From assembly GCA_013151915.1 (NCBI GenBank), contig JAADHJ010000006.1, forward strand, positions 65,404-129,403: a stretch of 64,000 nucleotides of DNA, written 5' to 3'. The stretch comes from Deltaproteobacteria bacterium. GTDB lineage: Bacteria; BMS3Abin14. Positions 9,009 through 19,197 of the stretch are shown in pieces; the first letter of the stretch is position 1, and each line of letters opens with the position of its first letter. The position numbers were made by a program, and so were the translations under genes. The notes beneath the pieces are model-generated. The model was not told where the DNA came from. It saw nothing but the letters and a program-made list of their open reading frames with translations, and made no database searches.

Positions 9009-10205
9009 TCAACCCCCCTTTTTCAGGTCCTTGATGAAGTCCGCCTGCAGGTCATGGATCCCCTTTCCGGTATAGGACATCATGGCTTCCTCGAGGGAGA
9101 GCCCCCGCTGCAGATCCGATACGATAACCGGGATCATATTTTCCCCGTATTTTCCTTCCAGGTATTCAATAAATAGATAACTGGCCGCATAGGCCATGTT
9201 CCTCTTATCGGCGGGAAGGCTGACGTAACTGTCACCGAAAGAAAGCAGATCGAGAGAAAAGGCACCCTTCATGGCGTCCCGCAAAACCCTCTTCATCTCC
9301 ACCGTTTTCCTTGCGGACGGCCTCTCCCCCAACTTCTGAGCCACTCCCTCCTGGAACCAGGCGGGAAGAACGCCGCCTGCCTGACGAAGGAGGGCGTGAA
9401 CCATCTCATGACGAACAGTTCGGGTCAACACATCCCTGTCGTTTAATGAATCTCCCAGGTAGAGACGTATCCTCCCATCGTAGATACCTTTGAAAGCCGG
9501 GTCCACCGGTTTGGCTTTTTCACCCAGGTCCTCGGTCATGAGCAGAACATCGATGGGATGGGAGGGGAAAATCCCAAGGGCCGCGGTCAGGGAATCCATC
9601 TCCTCCTGTAGAATGGCCAGCAGTTCCCCCTCGAACTCAAGCTGTCTGGCCCCGCTGTAAAGCAGCCGGAAATACTGCCCCTTCTCGGCCACCATACCTT
9701 TATCCTCCTCCATGAGGCTCTCCAGGCGGGCGATATACTCACGGAGATTGGGAAGATCGGGATGGAACGCGGCCAATCTCACGGCGAGATTCCACGCGTC
9801 CTTGTATCTGCCATCTTCATAGTAACGGCGGGAGAGGCTGTTTAAAGCTTCCGGATTTTCCGGCCATACGCTCAGGGCTTCCTTTAACAGGGCTTCATTT
9901 TCCTCGATCCCTCGACCATTTTCCGCCGTCCGGGATAACCGGGCCAACCCCAGGGAGAGATTTTGGGCGATAACCGAATCTCCAGGTTTTGCGGCCCTCG
10001 CAGCACGGAGAATTTTCACGGCTCTCTCAAATTTCCCCTCCTTCATAAAGGTGATCCCCTGTTGGTTCAGGGCATGCGAGTCCGTCACTTTTCTATTTTC
10101 CAAAACGGGTTTTGGTCCCGTGAACGATGGCAGCCCTCTGTTGATGGCCAGAATCACGATGATGCACCCCACCCCTGCGATCAGCACTGCAACGGCCTTA
10201 TTCAT
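9009..10205 (-). CDS. TPR-repeat protein with C-terminal HExxH (peptidase MA-like) domain, signal peptide
   Basis: A signal/TM segment at the MNKAVAVLIAG start, TPR-like helices, and VRHEMVHALL with a downstream E (zinc-metalloprotease-like). The start was moved to the Met at 10205 to remove overlap with the next gene. Confidence 0.6.
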   Translation of the reverse strand: MNKAVAVLIAGVGCIIVILAINRGLPSFTGPKPVLENRKVTDSHALNQQGITFMKEGKFERAVKILRAARAAKPGDSVIAQNLSLGLARLSRTAENGRGIEENEALLKEALSVWPENPEALNSLSRRYYEDGRYKDAWNLAVRLAAFHPDLPNLREYIARLESLMEEDKGMVAEKGQYFRLLYSGARQLEFEGELLAILQEEMDSLTAALGIFPSHPIDVLLMTEDLGEKAKPVDPAFKGIYDGRIRLYLGDSLNDRDVLTRTVRHEMVHALLRQAGGVLPAWFQEGVAQKLGERPSARKTVEMKRVLRDAMKGAFSLDLLSFGDSYVSLPADKRNMAYAASYLFIEYLEGKYGENMIPVIVSDLQRGLSLEEAMMSYTGKGIHDLQADFIKDLKKGG

Positions 10206-11040
10206 GGGGCATATCCATCCTTTTGCCGGCCCCAGGGTGTTCCAACGATTCGGCGGGACCGTCATATACCGGCAGGATCTGCTCCGGGCGGTTTACGATA
10301 ATCTCCGGACCATTGTACTCCTGGACCTTCCCCAGAACGTACACTGTACGTCCCAGGAGATCCTCAGGGTTAAGCCCCATGGATGCAAACCGGGCCCGCC
10401 CCCTGGAAAAGAGAACTATTGTAAAGTCCGTCCTCCAGTTATCCCCGAAGTTGAGGTGAATAACCTTGCGTCCGCGATGGACGTTTCGAATCGTCCCGAA
10501 GACAACGCTCTGTCTCCCCACGACCGCGCCGGCATCTTGATCCTTCACCACCTGGAAAGCGCTGGAGCTGTAAATCCCCTTCCGCCCCTTAATGGCGCTT
10601 CCGGCCGCCCTGATTGAATGATCAGCGACTAAAGCGCCGCAGGGCGGTATCAACAGCGGAACCGCCAATCCCTCCCTTAAAAGACTGGTATTGATATTCA
10701 CTCCACCCTGTTGTAAAACAGCCAGGGTTCGTCCGTACGGGTCTTTTTCGTTACACTCCTTCAGGGTGACCATCTTCCCCAGAGCCATTTTCCGTAAAGA
10801 TCGCGTCGCCTTTGCGGCCCAGGGCTCACCTACTTCCGGAGCGTCTATTCCAAGAAGCCTGACCCTCGTCCCGCCCGCAAGCACCAGGGTATCACCGTCT
10901 ATGATCCTCCCAACGAGGAACGTGCCGTCGGCGCCGGATGGTATCGGGACAGCGATCAGGCCCCACGCGGCCAATATTAACGCGGCAAGCTTGAATCGGA
11001 GATTCTTTGCGGGTATCATCATAAGCCTGATTGATACCAC
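10198..11040 (-). CDS. thermonuclease (SNase/micrococcal nuclease-like) family protein with extra C-terminal domain
   Basis: The SNase core is GRIIDGDTLVLAGGTRVRLLGIDAPE...NEKDPYGRTLA. It has a signal-like N-terminus and a ~120-aa C-terminal region of unknown function. Confidence 0.7.
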   Translation of the reverse strand: MVSIRLMMIPAKNLRFKLAALILAAWGLIAVPIPSGADGTFLVGRIIDGDTLVLAGGTRVRLLGIDAPEVGEPWAAKATRSLRKMALGKMVTLKECNEKDPYGRTLAVLQQGGVNINTSLLREGLAVPLLIPPCGALVADHSIRAAGSAIKGRKGIYSSSAFQVVKDQDAGAVVGRQSVVFGTIRNVHRGRKVIHLNFGDNWRTDFTIVLFSRGRARFASMGLNPEDLLGRTVYVLGKVQEYNGPEIIVNRPEQILPVYDGPAESLEHPGAGKRMDMPHE

Positions 11041-11084
11041 AAGAACATTGGATCTGACCAGAAAACAGAGAAGGAAATGACGCC

Positions 11085-12380
11085 ATGTGGAAAATGCTGT
11101 TAACCATCCTCGCGGTTAACGTTCTGGCCACGGCCCCCATTAATGTTTACGCCCTGGAACAGGCGGCCCCCGTCGGAACCGTCGATTTCCTTCCCGAGGG
11201 GTCGGCGGCGCCGCTTTTTAAAGCAACCGACCATTCAGGCCGGACGATCGACCTTGCAGATTTTCTCGGCAGGGTGCCGGTTGTCCTCAACTTCTGGTCC
11301 ATTTACTGTGACTCCTGTGTGGAAGAGATGCTCTCTCTGCAGAAACTCGAGGACAAATACGGCGGAAAGAACCTTGCAATCCTGGCAATAAACGAGGATA
11401 TCAATATATCCCAGGATAGAATCCGAAGATTTCTTGAACGCCTGGAACGCTTCCAAGGCAAGGTAACCTACCCCATCCTTTTCGACCAGGATTCAGCCAT
11501 CTTCAACTCATACCGGGGTAATCTTCTCCCCACGCTTGTCCTAATAAACCGTGATGGAAAGATCGTCTCGACATTCAGGGGATACACCGCGGAAAGCGAG
11601 CCCGACACCCTGGCAACGATCGAAGGCCTCGTTTCCCCTGAAATCCGGGCCACACCGGAAAAACCACCCGCCGGGACGGCAAAGGTTCAGTTTTCATCCG
11701 TTGCCGGTATGGCATCCCTTTGCGGTTTTTATGATGGGGGAAAATGGAAGAAGAGCTTTACGGGAAATGACAGTTTCGGCCAGGAACTGGAACTGACAAG
11801 AGAACTGGCCAGGCGGGACGCTACAAGACAGACCATCCTTTATGCTCTTAACGCCCAGGGGATCAAGCTTTTCTCCAACAGGCCTTTGCGCGGCTGCATC
11901 GATGAGGCAGGGATCCATCTTAACCGCGACCCATTCGACACCGGAGATCCTGCATCCAACATCCTGAATCTCCTGAATTACTCGGATTTCTTCACCACCA
12001 CCAGTGAGCAGGAGAAGCTTGTAGGCAACACGTATTACGTCGCGAGGACCGTCAGAATAGACGTCGAGGCCCTGTCTAAGGAACTGGCCTCATCAGGATA
12101 CCTTTTCAGCCCCACGAGAATCGAGTTCACATATGTCAACATGACCCCATTGGACCGGAAAGAGTTTCTCCAGTCCCTCCTCAGTCAATCCAGGTTTATC
12201 GGCAACTTTGAAAACCCGGTAATCACACCCCATTCCACCTCGCAGGTGTTCGAGGTCTACACCTCATCACAGGAATTCGCCGATGAGATCCTGAGTATGG
12301 ATTTTTCGGACCTGCAGGTGTTCGTGGAACAGGTGACTCCATCGTCCCTGGAACTGGAGATCTGGAAAAAGGCGGAATAA
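11085..12380 (+). CDS. secreted TlpA/redoxin-like thiol-disulfide oxidoreductase fused to ~240-aa uncharacterised C-terminal domain
   Basis: Signal peptide; thioredoxin fold with WSIYCDSC (CxxC) and ALIN...; the C-terminal half has no recognisable motif. Confidence 0.65.
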   Translation: MWKMLLTILAVNVLATAPINVYALEQAAPVGTVDFLPEGSAAPLFKATDHSGRTIDLADFLGRVPVVLNFWSIYCDSCVEEMLSLQKLEDKYGGKNLAILAINEDINISQDRIRRFLERLERFQGKVTYPILFDQDSAIFNSYRGNLLPTLVLINRDGKIVSTFRGYTAESEPDTLATIEGLVSPEIRATPEKPPAGTAKVQFSSVAGMASLCGFYDGGKWKKSFTGNDSFGQELELTRELARRDATRQTILYALNAQGIKLFSNRPLRGCIDEAGIHLNRDPFDTGDPASNILNLLNYSDFFTTTSEQEKLVGNTYYVARTVRIDVEALSKELASSGYLFSPTRIEFTYVNMTPLDRKEFLQSLLSQSRFIGNFENPVITPHSTSQVFEVYTSSQEFADEILSMDFSDLQVFVEQVTPSSLELEIWKKAE

Positions 12381-12400
12381 AATACCGGTTGGTGAAATAA

Positions 12401-13468
12401 TCAGGTTCCAGGTTTCGGCTCTTTTATCCCATTGGACTCGGGAAAAAGGTCCTCCTGTTCCCCGGCTTTGGGGGTCGGTCTTCGTCCCAAATGCCGGTAG
12501 GCCGTCTCAGTGGCCAGCCGCCCCCGTGGCGTACGCTGGAGAAATCCCCCCTGAAGCAGGAAGGGTTCGCAAATATCCTCGATCGTATCCCTCTCCTCAC
12601 CCACGGCGGCGGCAATCGTATCGATCCCCACCGGGCCGCCTCCGAACTTGTCAATAATCGCTATCAGAACCTGGCGATCGAGTTTATCGAACCCTTGTTC
12701 GTCTATCTCAAGCCGTTTCAGGGTCAGACAGGCCACATCCCGGGTAATAACGCCGTTTCCCTGGACCTGGGCGAAGTCGCGTGCTCTTCTGAGCAGCCGG
12801 TTTGCTATCCTGGGAGTAGCCCTTGAACGTCGAGCTATCTCATCGGCCGCCTCAGGAGCAAGTTCGATCCTCATGATCGTCGCGGACCTGAGGACGATTT
12901 CCGTCAACTCCGCCACTGAATAGAACTCCAGACGGAAAACAACACCAAACCGATCTCTGAAAGGCGAGGAAAGCAGGCCCATGCGGGTTGTGGCCCCAAT
13001 CAGGGTAAACCTGGGGAGATCCAGCTTTACGGTCCTTGCTCCCGGCCCCTTTCCGATAATCAGGTCGAGGGAAAAATCCTCCATGGCTGGATATAGCACC
13101 TCCTCAACCGTTCTGTTCATCCTGTGGATCTCGTCCACAAAGAAGACGCCCCTGTCTTCCAGGTTTGTCAGGATTGCCGCAAGGTCACCGGAACGCTCCA
13201 TCGCGGGTCCGGAAGTCGCCCGGATCTCCACACCAAGCTCGTTGGCCAGAATGTGTGCAAGGGTTGTCTTTCCAAGACCCGGCGGACCATAAAGAAGAAC
13301 GTGATCAAGGGCCTCTTGCCTCTCCCTCGCGGCCTCGATAAAAACACGGACGTTTTCCTTGACCGCAGATTGGCCGATATATTCCGCAAGGGTCCTGGGA
13401 CGGATATCGGCCTCGAACACCTTGTCGTCGCCGGACTGTTCCGGATCTATGAACCTTTCGTCATCCAC
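12401..13468 (-). CDS. ruvB: Holliday junction branch migration helicase RuvB
   Basis: Walker [12 protein letters not shown], RuvB-N/AAA and a winged-helix C-terminus. It lies in a ruvCAB operon. Confidence 0.95.
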   Translation of the reverse strand: MDDERFIDPEQSGDDKVFEADIRPRTLAEYIGQSAVKENVRVFIEAARERQEALDHVLLYGPPGLGKTTLAHILANELGVEIRATSGPAMERSGDLAAILTNLEDRGVFFVDEIHRMNRTVEEVLYPAMEDFSLDLIIGKGPGARTVKLDLPRFTLIGATTRMGLLSSPFRDRFGVVFRLEFYSVAELTEIVLRSATIMRIELAPEAADEIARRSRATPRIANRLLRRARDFAQVQGNGVITRDVACLTLKRLEIDEQGFDKLDRQVLIAIIDKFGGGPVGIDTIAAAVGEERDTIEDICEPFLLQGGFLQRTPRGRLATETAYRHLGRRPTPKAGEQEDLFPESNGIKEPKPGT

Positions 13469-13478
13469 TGTACCTCTG

Positions 13479-13595
13479 GTAGGGTCGTAAAAAGTCCATA
13501 CGTGGCTTTTTACTCAACGGGAAGCGAAAAGTGTCATTTTCTCTTCCCTCACAAATCTTCGATTTGGGCCCCCCTAAAGGGGGCGCCTTGATTCA
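13479..13595. repeat. REP/MITE-like palindromic element, family B, copy 1, filling the ruvA-ruvB spacer
   Basis: Sequence GGTCGTAAAAAGTCCATACGTGGCTTTTTACTCAACGG...CACAAATCTTCGATTTGGGCCCCCCTAAAGGGGGCGCC. It is homologous to 20064-20240, 39188-39233 and 59981-60060. Confidence 0.75.
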
Positions 13596-13600
13596 CAGTC

Positions 13601-14215
13601 TCAGGCCGAGGGTTTTCTTCCGGAAAGAACACTGAGACACTCACGTATCAGGTCGTTGAAGGAAGGCATTTCCCCCTGGTCTTTCAGAACGGACTTAAGC
13701 GCCGCTCTACCATCCTTGGCTTTGTACCCAAGGTTTGCGAGGGCGGATATAACGTCCGAGGTGATTGCATCATCGCGGCCCGGAACAGCCGCCCCCGGTG
13801 TTACCTCCACCGACTGCACCTTGTCCTTAAGTTCCAGGATAATCCTCTCGGCGGTTTTGCGGCCAACCCCCGGAACAGTGCATATCCAGCCGGCGTCCTC
13901 GCTGGATATGGCTTTGGCAAGCTCAGGCGCTTTCAGGCCTCCAAGGATGGCTAACGCGAGCCTGGGGCCAACCCCCTTGGCCTGAACCAGGAGTTTAAAC
14001 AGCTCCATTTCATCCATTTCGGCGAACCCGTACAGATGTATTGCGTCATCCCGGACCACGGTGATCGTATTGAGAGAGACATCATCCCCCTGGGGGGGGA
14101 GGGTCATCAGCGTATTGAGCGATACGAAAAGCCGATAACCCACCGTGCCGGAATCGATAACGATAGTCCCGGAAGGGTCTTTCCGCGCCAGTCGGCCTTT
14201 TACGAGAGCGATCAT
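13601..14215 (-). CDS. ruvA: Holliday junction DNA helicase RuvA
   Basis: MIALVKGRL...GYRLFVS N-terminal OB domain, HhH motifs and a C-terminal RuvB-binding domain. Confidence 0.95.
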   Translation of the reverse strand: MIALVKGRLARKDPSGTIVIDSGTVGYRLFVSLNTLMTLPPQGDDVSLNTITVVRDDAIHLYGFAEMDEMELFKLLVQAKGVGPRLALAILGGLKAPELAKAISSEDAGWICTVPGVGRKTAERIILELKDKVQSVEVTPGAAVPGRDDAITSDVISALANLGYKAKDGRAALKSVLKDQGEMPSFNDLIRECLSVLSGRKPSA

Positions 14216-14697
14216 CAGGCGTTGGCCGCCGCATCCTGCCGAAAAAGGTGTGTCAGGGCGGCAGCGAGGGCGTCCGCGGCATCCGGTGGAGGTACTTTGG
14301 AAAGGGTCAGTGTCCTGGTCACCATATACTGGACCTGCTGTTTGTCCGCCCGGCCATATCCGGCCACGGTCTCCTTGATCTGGGTTGCTGAATACTGGGC
14401 AGCCGGAAGACCGGACATCCGGCAGACCAGGATCACTGCTCCTCTCACATGACCCAATTGAAGCGCCACGCGCATGTTCCTGGCGGTGAATATATCCTCT
14501 ATGGACAGGCAGTCCGGGCTGTGTCGGGAGAGGATGGCTTCAAGAGATTCAGCGATATGAAAAAGGGAGGCTTCCAGGGGTTCGCCGACCTTGGTCCTGA
14601 TAAGGCCGTATTCAACAACCTTTTGACGGGTTCGATCTCCTTCAACAACCGCGTATCCTGTGGACCTCAGACTGGGATCAACCCCAAGCACACGCAT
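14215..14697 (-). CDS. ruvC: crossover junction endodeoxyribonuclease RuvC
   Basis: MRVLGVDPSLRSTGYAVVE catalytic N-terminus. Length is 160 aa. Confidence 0.95.
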   Translation of the reverse strand: MRVLGVDPSLRSTGYAVVEGDRTRQKVVEYGLIRTKVGEPLEASLFHIAESLEAILSRHSPDCLSIEDIFTARNMRVALQLGHVRGAVILVCRMSGLPAAQYSATQIKETVAGYGRADKQQVQYMVTRTLTLSKVPPPDAADALAAALTHLFRQDAAANA

Positions 14698-14704
14698 CTC
14701 TCAG

Positions 14705-15448
14705 CTAGAGAGTTTCCATGACATCATCAGGGATGTCAAAGTTTGCATAGACTTTCTGGACGTCGTCGTTTTCCTCGAGAGCCTCTACCAGCCTCAATGC
14801 CTGCTCCGCCTGTTTGCCTTCCAGGGGTATGGTGTTCTGGGGAAGCATGGTTACCTCTCCAACCTGATAGACAATTCCCGCGGCATCGAATGCATCCTTG
14901 ATCTCCTGGAACTTTTCAGGGGGGGCCGTCACCTCGATATCACCATCATTCTCACCGATGTCCTCAGCCCCGGCCTCGAGAGCAACCTCAACGAGAGAGT
15001 CGCCATCCACCTCTTTGCCGTCGAAAACGAAATAGCACGCCATCTGAAAAATCCATGACACACAGCCTGTTTCACCGAGATTCCCATTGTGTTTGGAGAA
15101 AAGATGCCTCACGTCCGAGACGGTCCTTTTACGGTTGTCGGTGAGGGTTTCAACGAGTATGGCAACACCGGCAGGACCGTAACCTTCGTAGGTGACCTCC
15201 TCGTAATTGACCCCATCCAGGTCACCGGTGCCCTTCTTGACGGCTCTTTCGATAGTGTCCATGGGCATGTTGCTGGACCTGGCTTTGGCGATGGCCTGCC
15301 TCAAGCGGGGATTGGCCTCAGGGTCGCCTCCTCCCATTTTGGCGGCAACGGTAATCTCGCGGTTGATCTTGGTGAAAATCTTACCCCTCTGGGCGTCCTG
15401 AGCACCCTTTCGCCTCTTGATATTCGCCCATTTTGAGTGACCTGACAT
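14705..15448 (-). CDS. yebC: YebC/PmpR family DNA-binding transcriptional regulator
   Basis: [27 protein letters not shown] matches the family N-terminus. It is upstream of ruvC, as in many bacteria. Confidence 0.95.
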   Translation of the reverse strand: MSGHSKWANIKRRKGAQDAQRGKIFTKINREITVAAKMGGGDPEANPRLRQAIAKARSSNMPMDTIERAVKKGTGDLDGVNYEEVTYEGYGPAGVAILVETLTDNRKRTVSDVRHLFSKHNGNLGETGCVSWIFQMACYFVFDGKEVDGDSLVEVALEAGAEDIGENDGDIEVTAPPEKFQEIKDAFDAAGIVYQVGEVTMLPQNTIPLEGKQAEQALRLVEALEENDDVQKVYANFDIPDDVMETL

Positions 15449-15673
15449 CTTTCCTCCCTCTGAAAATGAACTCGGCCCATTTTACACGGGGAGCCATAAA
15501 TGTAAATACGGGGTTGGGACGCCTTGCCCTGCCTCGGAGGTACGAAAGCGCCCAATTCCGAGGCAGCGAGTGTGGAGTAATGAAGGACAGAAAAACGGGC
15601 AGGTTCCGCATGTCGTCTCACAGGGCCTGCCCGATGGTGATGATCAGGTGATTGAAGGCTCCCCGGTTTATCC

Positions 15674-15952
15674 TCAGGAATTAACCCTGTCCCTAAGTTC
15701 CTTGCCCGCCTTGAAATAGGGGACGCGTTTGGAATCCACGTAGACCTTTTCCCCGGTCTTGGGATTGCGCCCCTCCCGGGAACGCCGCTCCTTTACCTTG
15801 AAACTGCCGAAACCCCGCAATTCAACTTTGTCACCCCGGGCCAGCGAGTCGGAAATGCTTTTCAGAAAGATATTCACAATCAATTCGGCTTCCCTTTTGG
15901 TCAGAACGTCAATATGCTCCACAAGAGCCTCAACAAGCCCAGCTTTGGTCAT
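15674..15952 (-). CDS. ihfB: integration host factor subunit beta / HU-family DNA-binding protein
   Basis: LRGFGSF...GRNPKTGE beta-arm motif. Its position downstream of rpsA mirrors the E. coli rpsA-ihfB arrangement. Confidence 0.8.
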   Translation of the reverse strand: MTKAGLVEALVEHIDVLTKREAELIVNIFLKSISDSLARGDKVELRGFGSFKVKERRSREGRNPKTGEKVYVDSKRVPYFKAGKELRDRVNS

Positions 15953-16090
15953 ACTCCCTCCTTAAACAAATAGGCAGCCCGATCCAGGGGGATGTGGACA
16001 ACCCCGAAAAAGGCTCCCGACCCTTCCTGCAAGTCCATCGATACCAAAAAACTAAACAAATTTGCGTTAGAAGTCAAGAGCTTAGGAAAA

Positions 16091-17029
16091 TTAAAACGCC
16101 CTCCAAAGCTGAAGAAACCGACTGTTTTTCCCAAAAACACCACCTCTTTGGGCCCAGGCCAACGTCACGGTCTCCAACTGGTCCGTAAACGAACGTCCAA
16201 AAAGGAGGGCAATAAGACCCCTTCCCCGCTTTTTCGGTTCCAGAATTTTAGATGGCACCCCAGGCAGCCCCGCGAGTTCGGCGGCTTTTTCCAAGGCCAC
16301 ATTTATGTTTCCCAGTTCGTCAACAAGCCCGAGGTTCAGGGCCTGGCGTCCGGTGAAAATACGGCCGTCGAGGTAGGGGTTTATTTTTTCGAACTCAACC
16401 GGACGTCCAGCCACCACTGCCTCCACAAACTGTTCGCGGACATCCTTAACCATTTCGGTCAGGAGGGTTCTTTCCTCTTTCGTCAGCTCCCTGAAAGGGG
16501 ACCCCATGTCCTTGTGAGCCCCGCTTTTTATAGTCTCGTTCCTGATCCCGAGCTTTCCAAAAAGCTCCTCCATGTTGGTAAACTCCATAATAACACCGAT
16601 GCTTCCGGTAATGGTCCCGGGGTTCGCCACAATCCAGTCGGAAGCACAACTCAGATAATAACCTCCCGATGCCGCTACTGTTCCCATTGACACAACCAGG
16701 GGTTTTTTACTTTTGAGTTTGAGAAGCTCATCGTAGAGTTCCTGGGTTGGAGCGACGGCTCCACCCGGGCTGTCAATCCTCAACACGACCCCTTTGACCC
16801 GGTCATTGGTGCGAAACGAATTTACCTGCTCCATGTACCAGTCCACATCCGTGATAACCCCCTCGACCCTAAGCAGGCCGAGGGTGTTTCCAGCGAAGAC
16901 GTCCGGTAAATCGCGGTGGAAAATCCCCAGGACGAAGGCCATAACAATGACGGCGATAGTCACAAGGATAATTATCTTCAATCCTCTGCTCATATCCTTT
17001 CCCCCTGAACCTTCTGCAGGTTTAACCAA
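16091..17029 (-). CDS. sppA: signal peptide peptidase SppA (36K type)
   Basis: An N-terminal TM segment, then VVSMGTVAASGGYYLSCASDWIVANPGTITGSIGV, the S49 peptidase Ser/Lys region. Confidence 0.9.
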   Translation of the reverse strand: MVKPAEGSGGKDMSRGLKIIILVTIAVIVMAFVLGIFHRDLPDVFAGNTLGLLRVEGVITDVDWYMEQVNSFRTNDRVKGVVLRIDSPGGAVAPTQELYDELLKLKSKKPLVVSMGTVAASGGYYLSCASDWIVANPGTITGSIGVIMEFTNMEELFGKLGIRNETIKSGAHKDMGSPFRELTKEERTLLTEMVKDVREQFVEAVVAGRPVEFEKINPYLDGRIFTGRQALNLGLVDELGNINVALEKAAELAGLPGVPSKILEPKKRGRGLIALLFGRSFTDQLETVTLAWAQRGGVFGKNSRFLQLWRAF

Positions 17030-17127
17030 GCCTGGTCCGCATCATCGTGGCGAAAAACGAAAAAAGCCGTGAAACCCTTCCCACTGCTATGGAGTCCACG
17101 GCCTTAATAGGGCTGATTATGGGGAAG

Positions 17128-19038
17128 TCAGGACTTCTCGGTCTCCCCTTTCTCGGCCTCCCCTTCCTCGGTCTTTCCTTCTTCAGCCTCCCCCTCTTCA
17201 CTTTCGTCGTCCTCCCCACCACCTTCCACATCTTTTCCAACCTCCTGGTGAGGAGAGGGATCAGTCTGGTCCATCTGAGCCGCCAGAGAGGCTCCCAGGA
17301 TGTCTCCAAGGGTGCCGCCGCCTTCACTGTTGTTGTTCAGGTAAGAGGAGTACTTCCCGGCGGAAGATCCTTCCTGTGCCGCCGTAATGCTCAGGCTGAC
17401 CTTCCGCTCATCGGGGTCCAAACCCAGGATCTTGACCTTGACCTCGGACCCCGGAGGATATACCTCCTCGGCGCCCTGGCCATTTTCAAGACCCATCTCG
17501 GAAATATGGATCAAACCCTCAATGCCTTCCATTATCTGTACGAACGTTCCGAAATCAGCGTGGCTCACAACTTTGCCGGTGAGAATGGACCCGACAGGGT
17601 GCTTCGAACCGATCTCCTCCCAGGGATTTGTGGTAAGCTGTTTAAGCCCCAGGGAGAGCCTCTCCCTGGTTTTGTCAACACTAAGCACCACGACCGTTAC
17701 GGGATCACCTTTCTTAACAACCTCGGAAGGGTGGTTGATCTTCCTTGTCCAGGACATGTCACTGACGTGGATGAGTCCGTCAATTCCTTCTTCCAGCCCC
17801 ACAAAAGCCCCGAAATCGGTGAGCGTCCTCACTTTGCCGTCAATCATGCTTCCTGGAGGATATTTTTCGGCGACGACATCCCACGGGTTGGGTTCCACCT
17901 GTTTCATCCCAAGGGAAATCCTGCGGTTTTCCTTATCGAAATTCAGGACCTCGGTCTCGACCTGATCACCGACATCCACCAGCTTCGAAGGGTGCTTTAT
18001 CTTACGGTTCCATGTCATCTCCGAGATGTGGACCAGACCTTCGACCCCATCCTCAAGCTTAACGAAGGCACCGTAATCGGTGATGCTTACAACCTTGCCG
18101 GCGACCCTGGAGCCCACTGGATACCGGCCGGCGACCAATTCCCACGGATCCTCGGTCAACTGCTTCATTCCGAGGGAAACCCTTTCCTTTTCGCGGTCGA
18201 ACTTCAGAACTTTGACGTTGACGGTATCCCCCACGGTTAGAACCTCGGAGGGATGCTGGAGACGGCCCCAGGACAGGTCGGTAATATGGAGGAGGCCGTC
18301 AATACCGCCAAGGTCTATGAAAGCACCATAATCGGTGATGTTTTTTACGATCCCTTCCATTACACTGCCTTCCTCGAGGACCTTCAGGGTTTCCTCTTTC
18401 TTGCTTTCCCTTTCCTCCTCCAGAAGGACTCTTCGCGAGAGAACGACGTTGCCCCGCCGCGGGTTGAATTTAATAATCTTAAAGAAGAATTCTTCGCCAA
18501 CCAGGCGATCCAGATTCCTGATGGGGCGAATGTCCACCTGGGACCCCGGTAGAAAGGCTTTAACGCCGATATCCACGGTCAGGCCGCCCTTGATCCTCGA
18601 TATTATCTTGCCGCTGACAGGTTTGTTGTCGTCATAGGCCTTTCCAATATCGTTCCAGACCTTCATTTTGTCGGCCTTCTCTTTGGAAAGGTAGATCAGC
18701 CCCTCAGCATCCTCTTTCTTCTCGAGAAACACCTCCACCGAATCGCCGACTTCAACAGTTATCTCACCGTTTTCATCCTCAAACTGTTTCTTTGGGATTA
18801 TTCCCTCGGATTTATACCCGACATCCACGAGAACACCATCATCCGTGATCCCGATAACGGAACCGGTTACGACCTCCCGTTCCTTGAGGTCCTTTATGCT
18901 CTCCTCGTAGAGCTTTGCAAAATCTTCCTCTTCTTCGTAATCATCGTCCTCAATATCTGCGCTTACATTGACAGGCTCCCTCGACGCATCATCGTCGTAT
19001 TCCGCACCTGTGAGGGAATTTTTCTCTTCGATTATCAT
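17128..19038 (-). CDS. rpsA: 30S ribosomal protein S1 with long acidic/Gly-rich C-terminal tail
   Basis: Six S1 repeats. An ATG at 19038 (MIIEEKN) follows AAGGAGG; the ORF track began 27 codons upstream. The C-terminal ~80 aa are Glu/Gly/Lys rich. Confidence 0.9.
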   Translation of the reverse strand: MIIEEKNSLTGAEYDDDASREPVNVSADIEDDDYEEEEDFAKLYEESIKDLKEREVVTGSVIGITDDGVLVDVGYKSEGIIPKKQFEDENGEITVEVGDSVEVFLEKKEDAEGLIYLSKEKADKMKVWNDIGKAYDDNKPVSGKIISRIKGGLTVDIGVKAFLPGSQVDIRPIRNLDRLVGEEFFFKIIKFNPRRGNVVLSRRVLLEEERESKKEETLKVLEEGSVMEGIVKNITDYGAFIDLGGIDGLLHITDLSWGRLQHPSEVLTVGDTVNVKVLKFDREKERVSLGMKQLTEDPWELVAGRYPVGSRVAGKVVSITDYGAFVKLEDGVEGLVHISEMTWNRKIKHPSKLVDVGDQVETEVLNFDKENRRISLGMKQVEPNPWDVVAEKYPPGSMIDGKVRTLTDFGAFVGLEEGIDGLIHVSDMSWTRKINHPSEVVKKGDPVTVVVLSVDKTRERLSLGLKQLTTNPWEEIGSKHPVGSILTGKVVSHADFGTFVQIMEGIEGLIHISEMGLENGQGAEEVYPPGSEVKVKILGLDPDERKVSLSITAAQEGSSAGKYSSYLNNNSEGGGTLGDILGASLAAQMDQTDPSPHQEVGKDVEGGGEDDESEEGEAEEGKTEEGEAEKGETEKS

Positions 19039-19197
19039 ACCTTGGTAATCCTCCTTTAGTATTTTCTTTTTCGAACGGTTGCGGATTATCCTATATTTGA
19101 TATACCATGTCAATCGCAATAAACGCCGGGAATACAGCTTTTACGGGGCTTTCCGGCAACATCGGGGCACCCATGATGGTGATGATTTCCGGCGGTC

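Noticed and set aside
15449-15673. Hairpin CTGCCTCGGA...TCCGAGGCAG downstream of ihfB, as a possible terminator or tRNA-like structure
   Set aside because: There is no U-tract and no tRNA features (no acceptor/TψC pattern). It was kept only as a weak stem, not annotated.
15992-16690. 232-aa + strand ORF across the ihfB-sppA junction
   Set aside because: It is antisense to sppA for most of its length and has no motif.
17047-18240. 397-aa ORF on the + strand inside rpsA
   Set aside because: It is antisense to the highly conserved S1 gene and its protein sequence is low-complexity. It is an artefact of GC-rich, codon-biased DNA.
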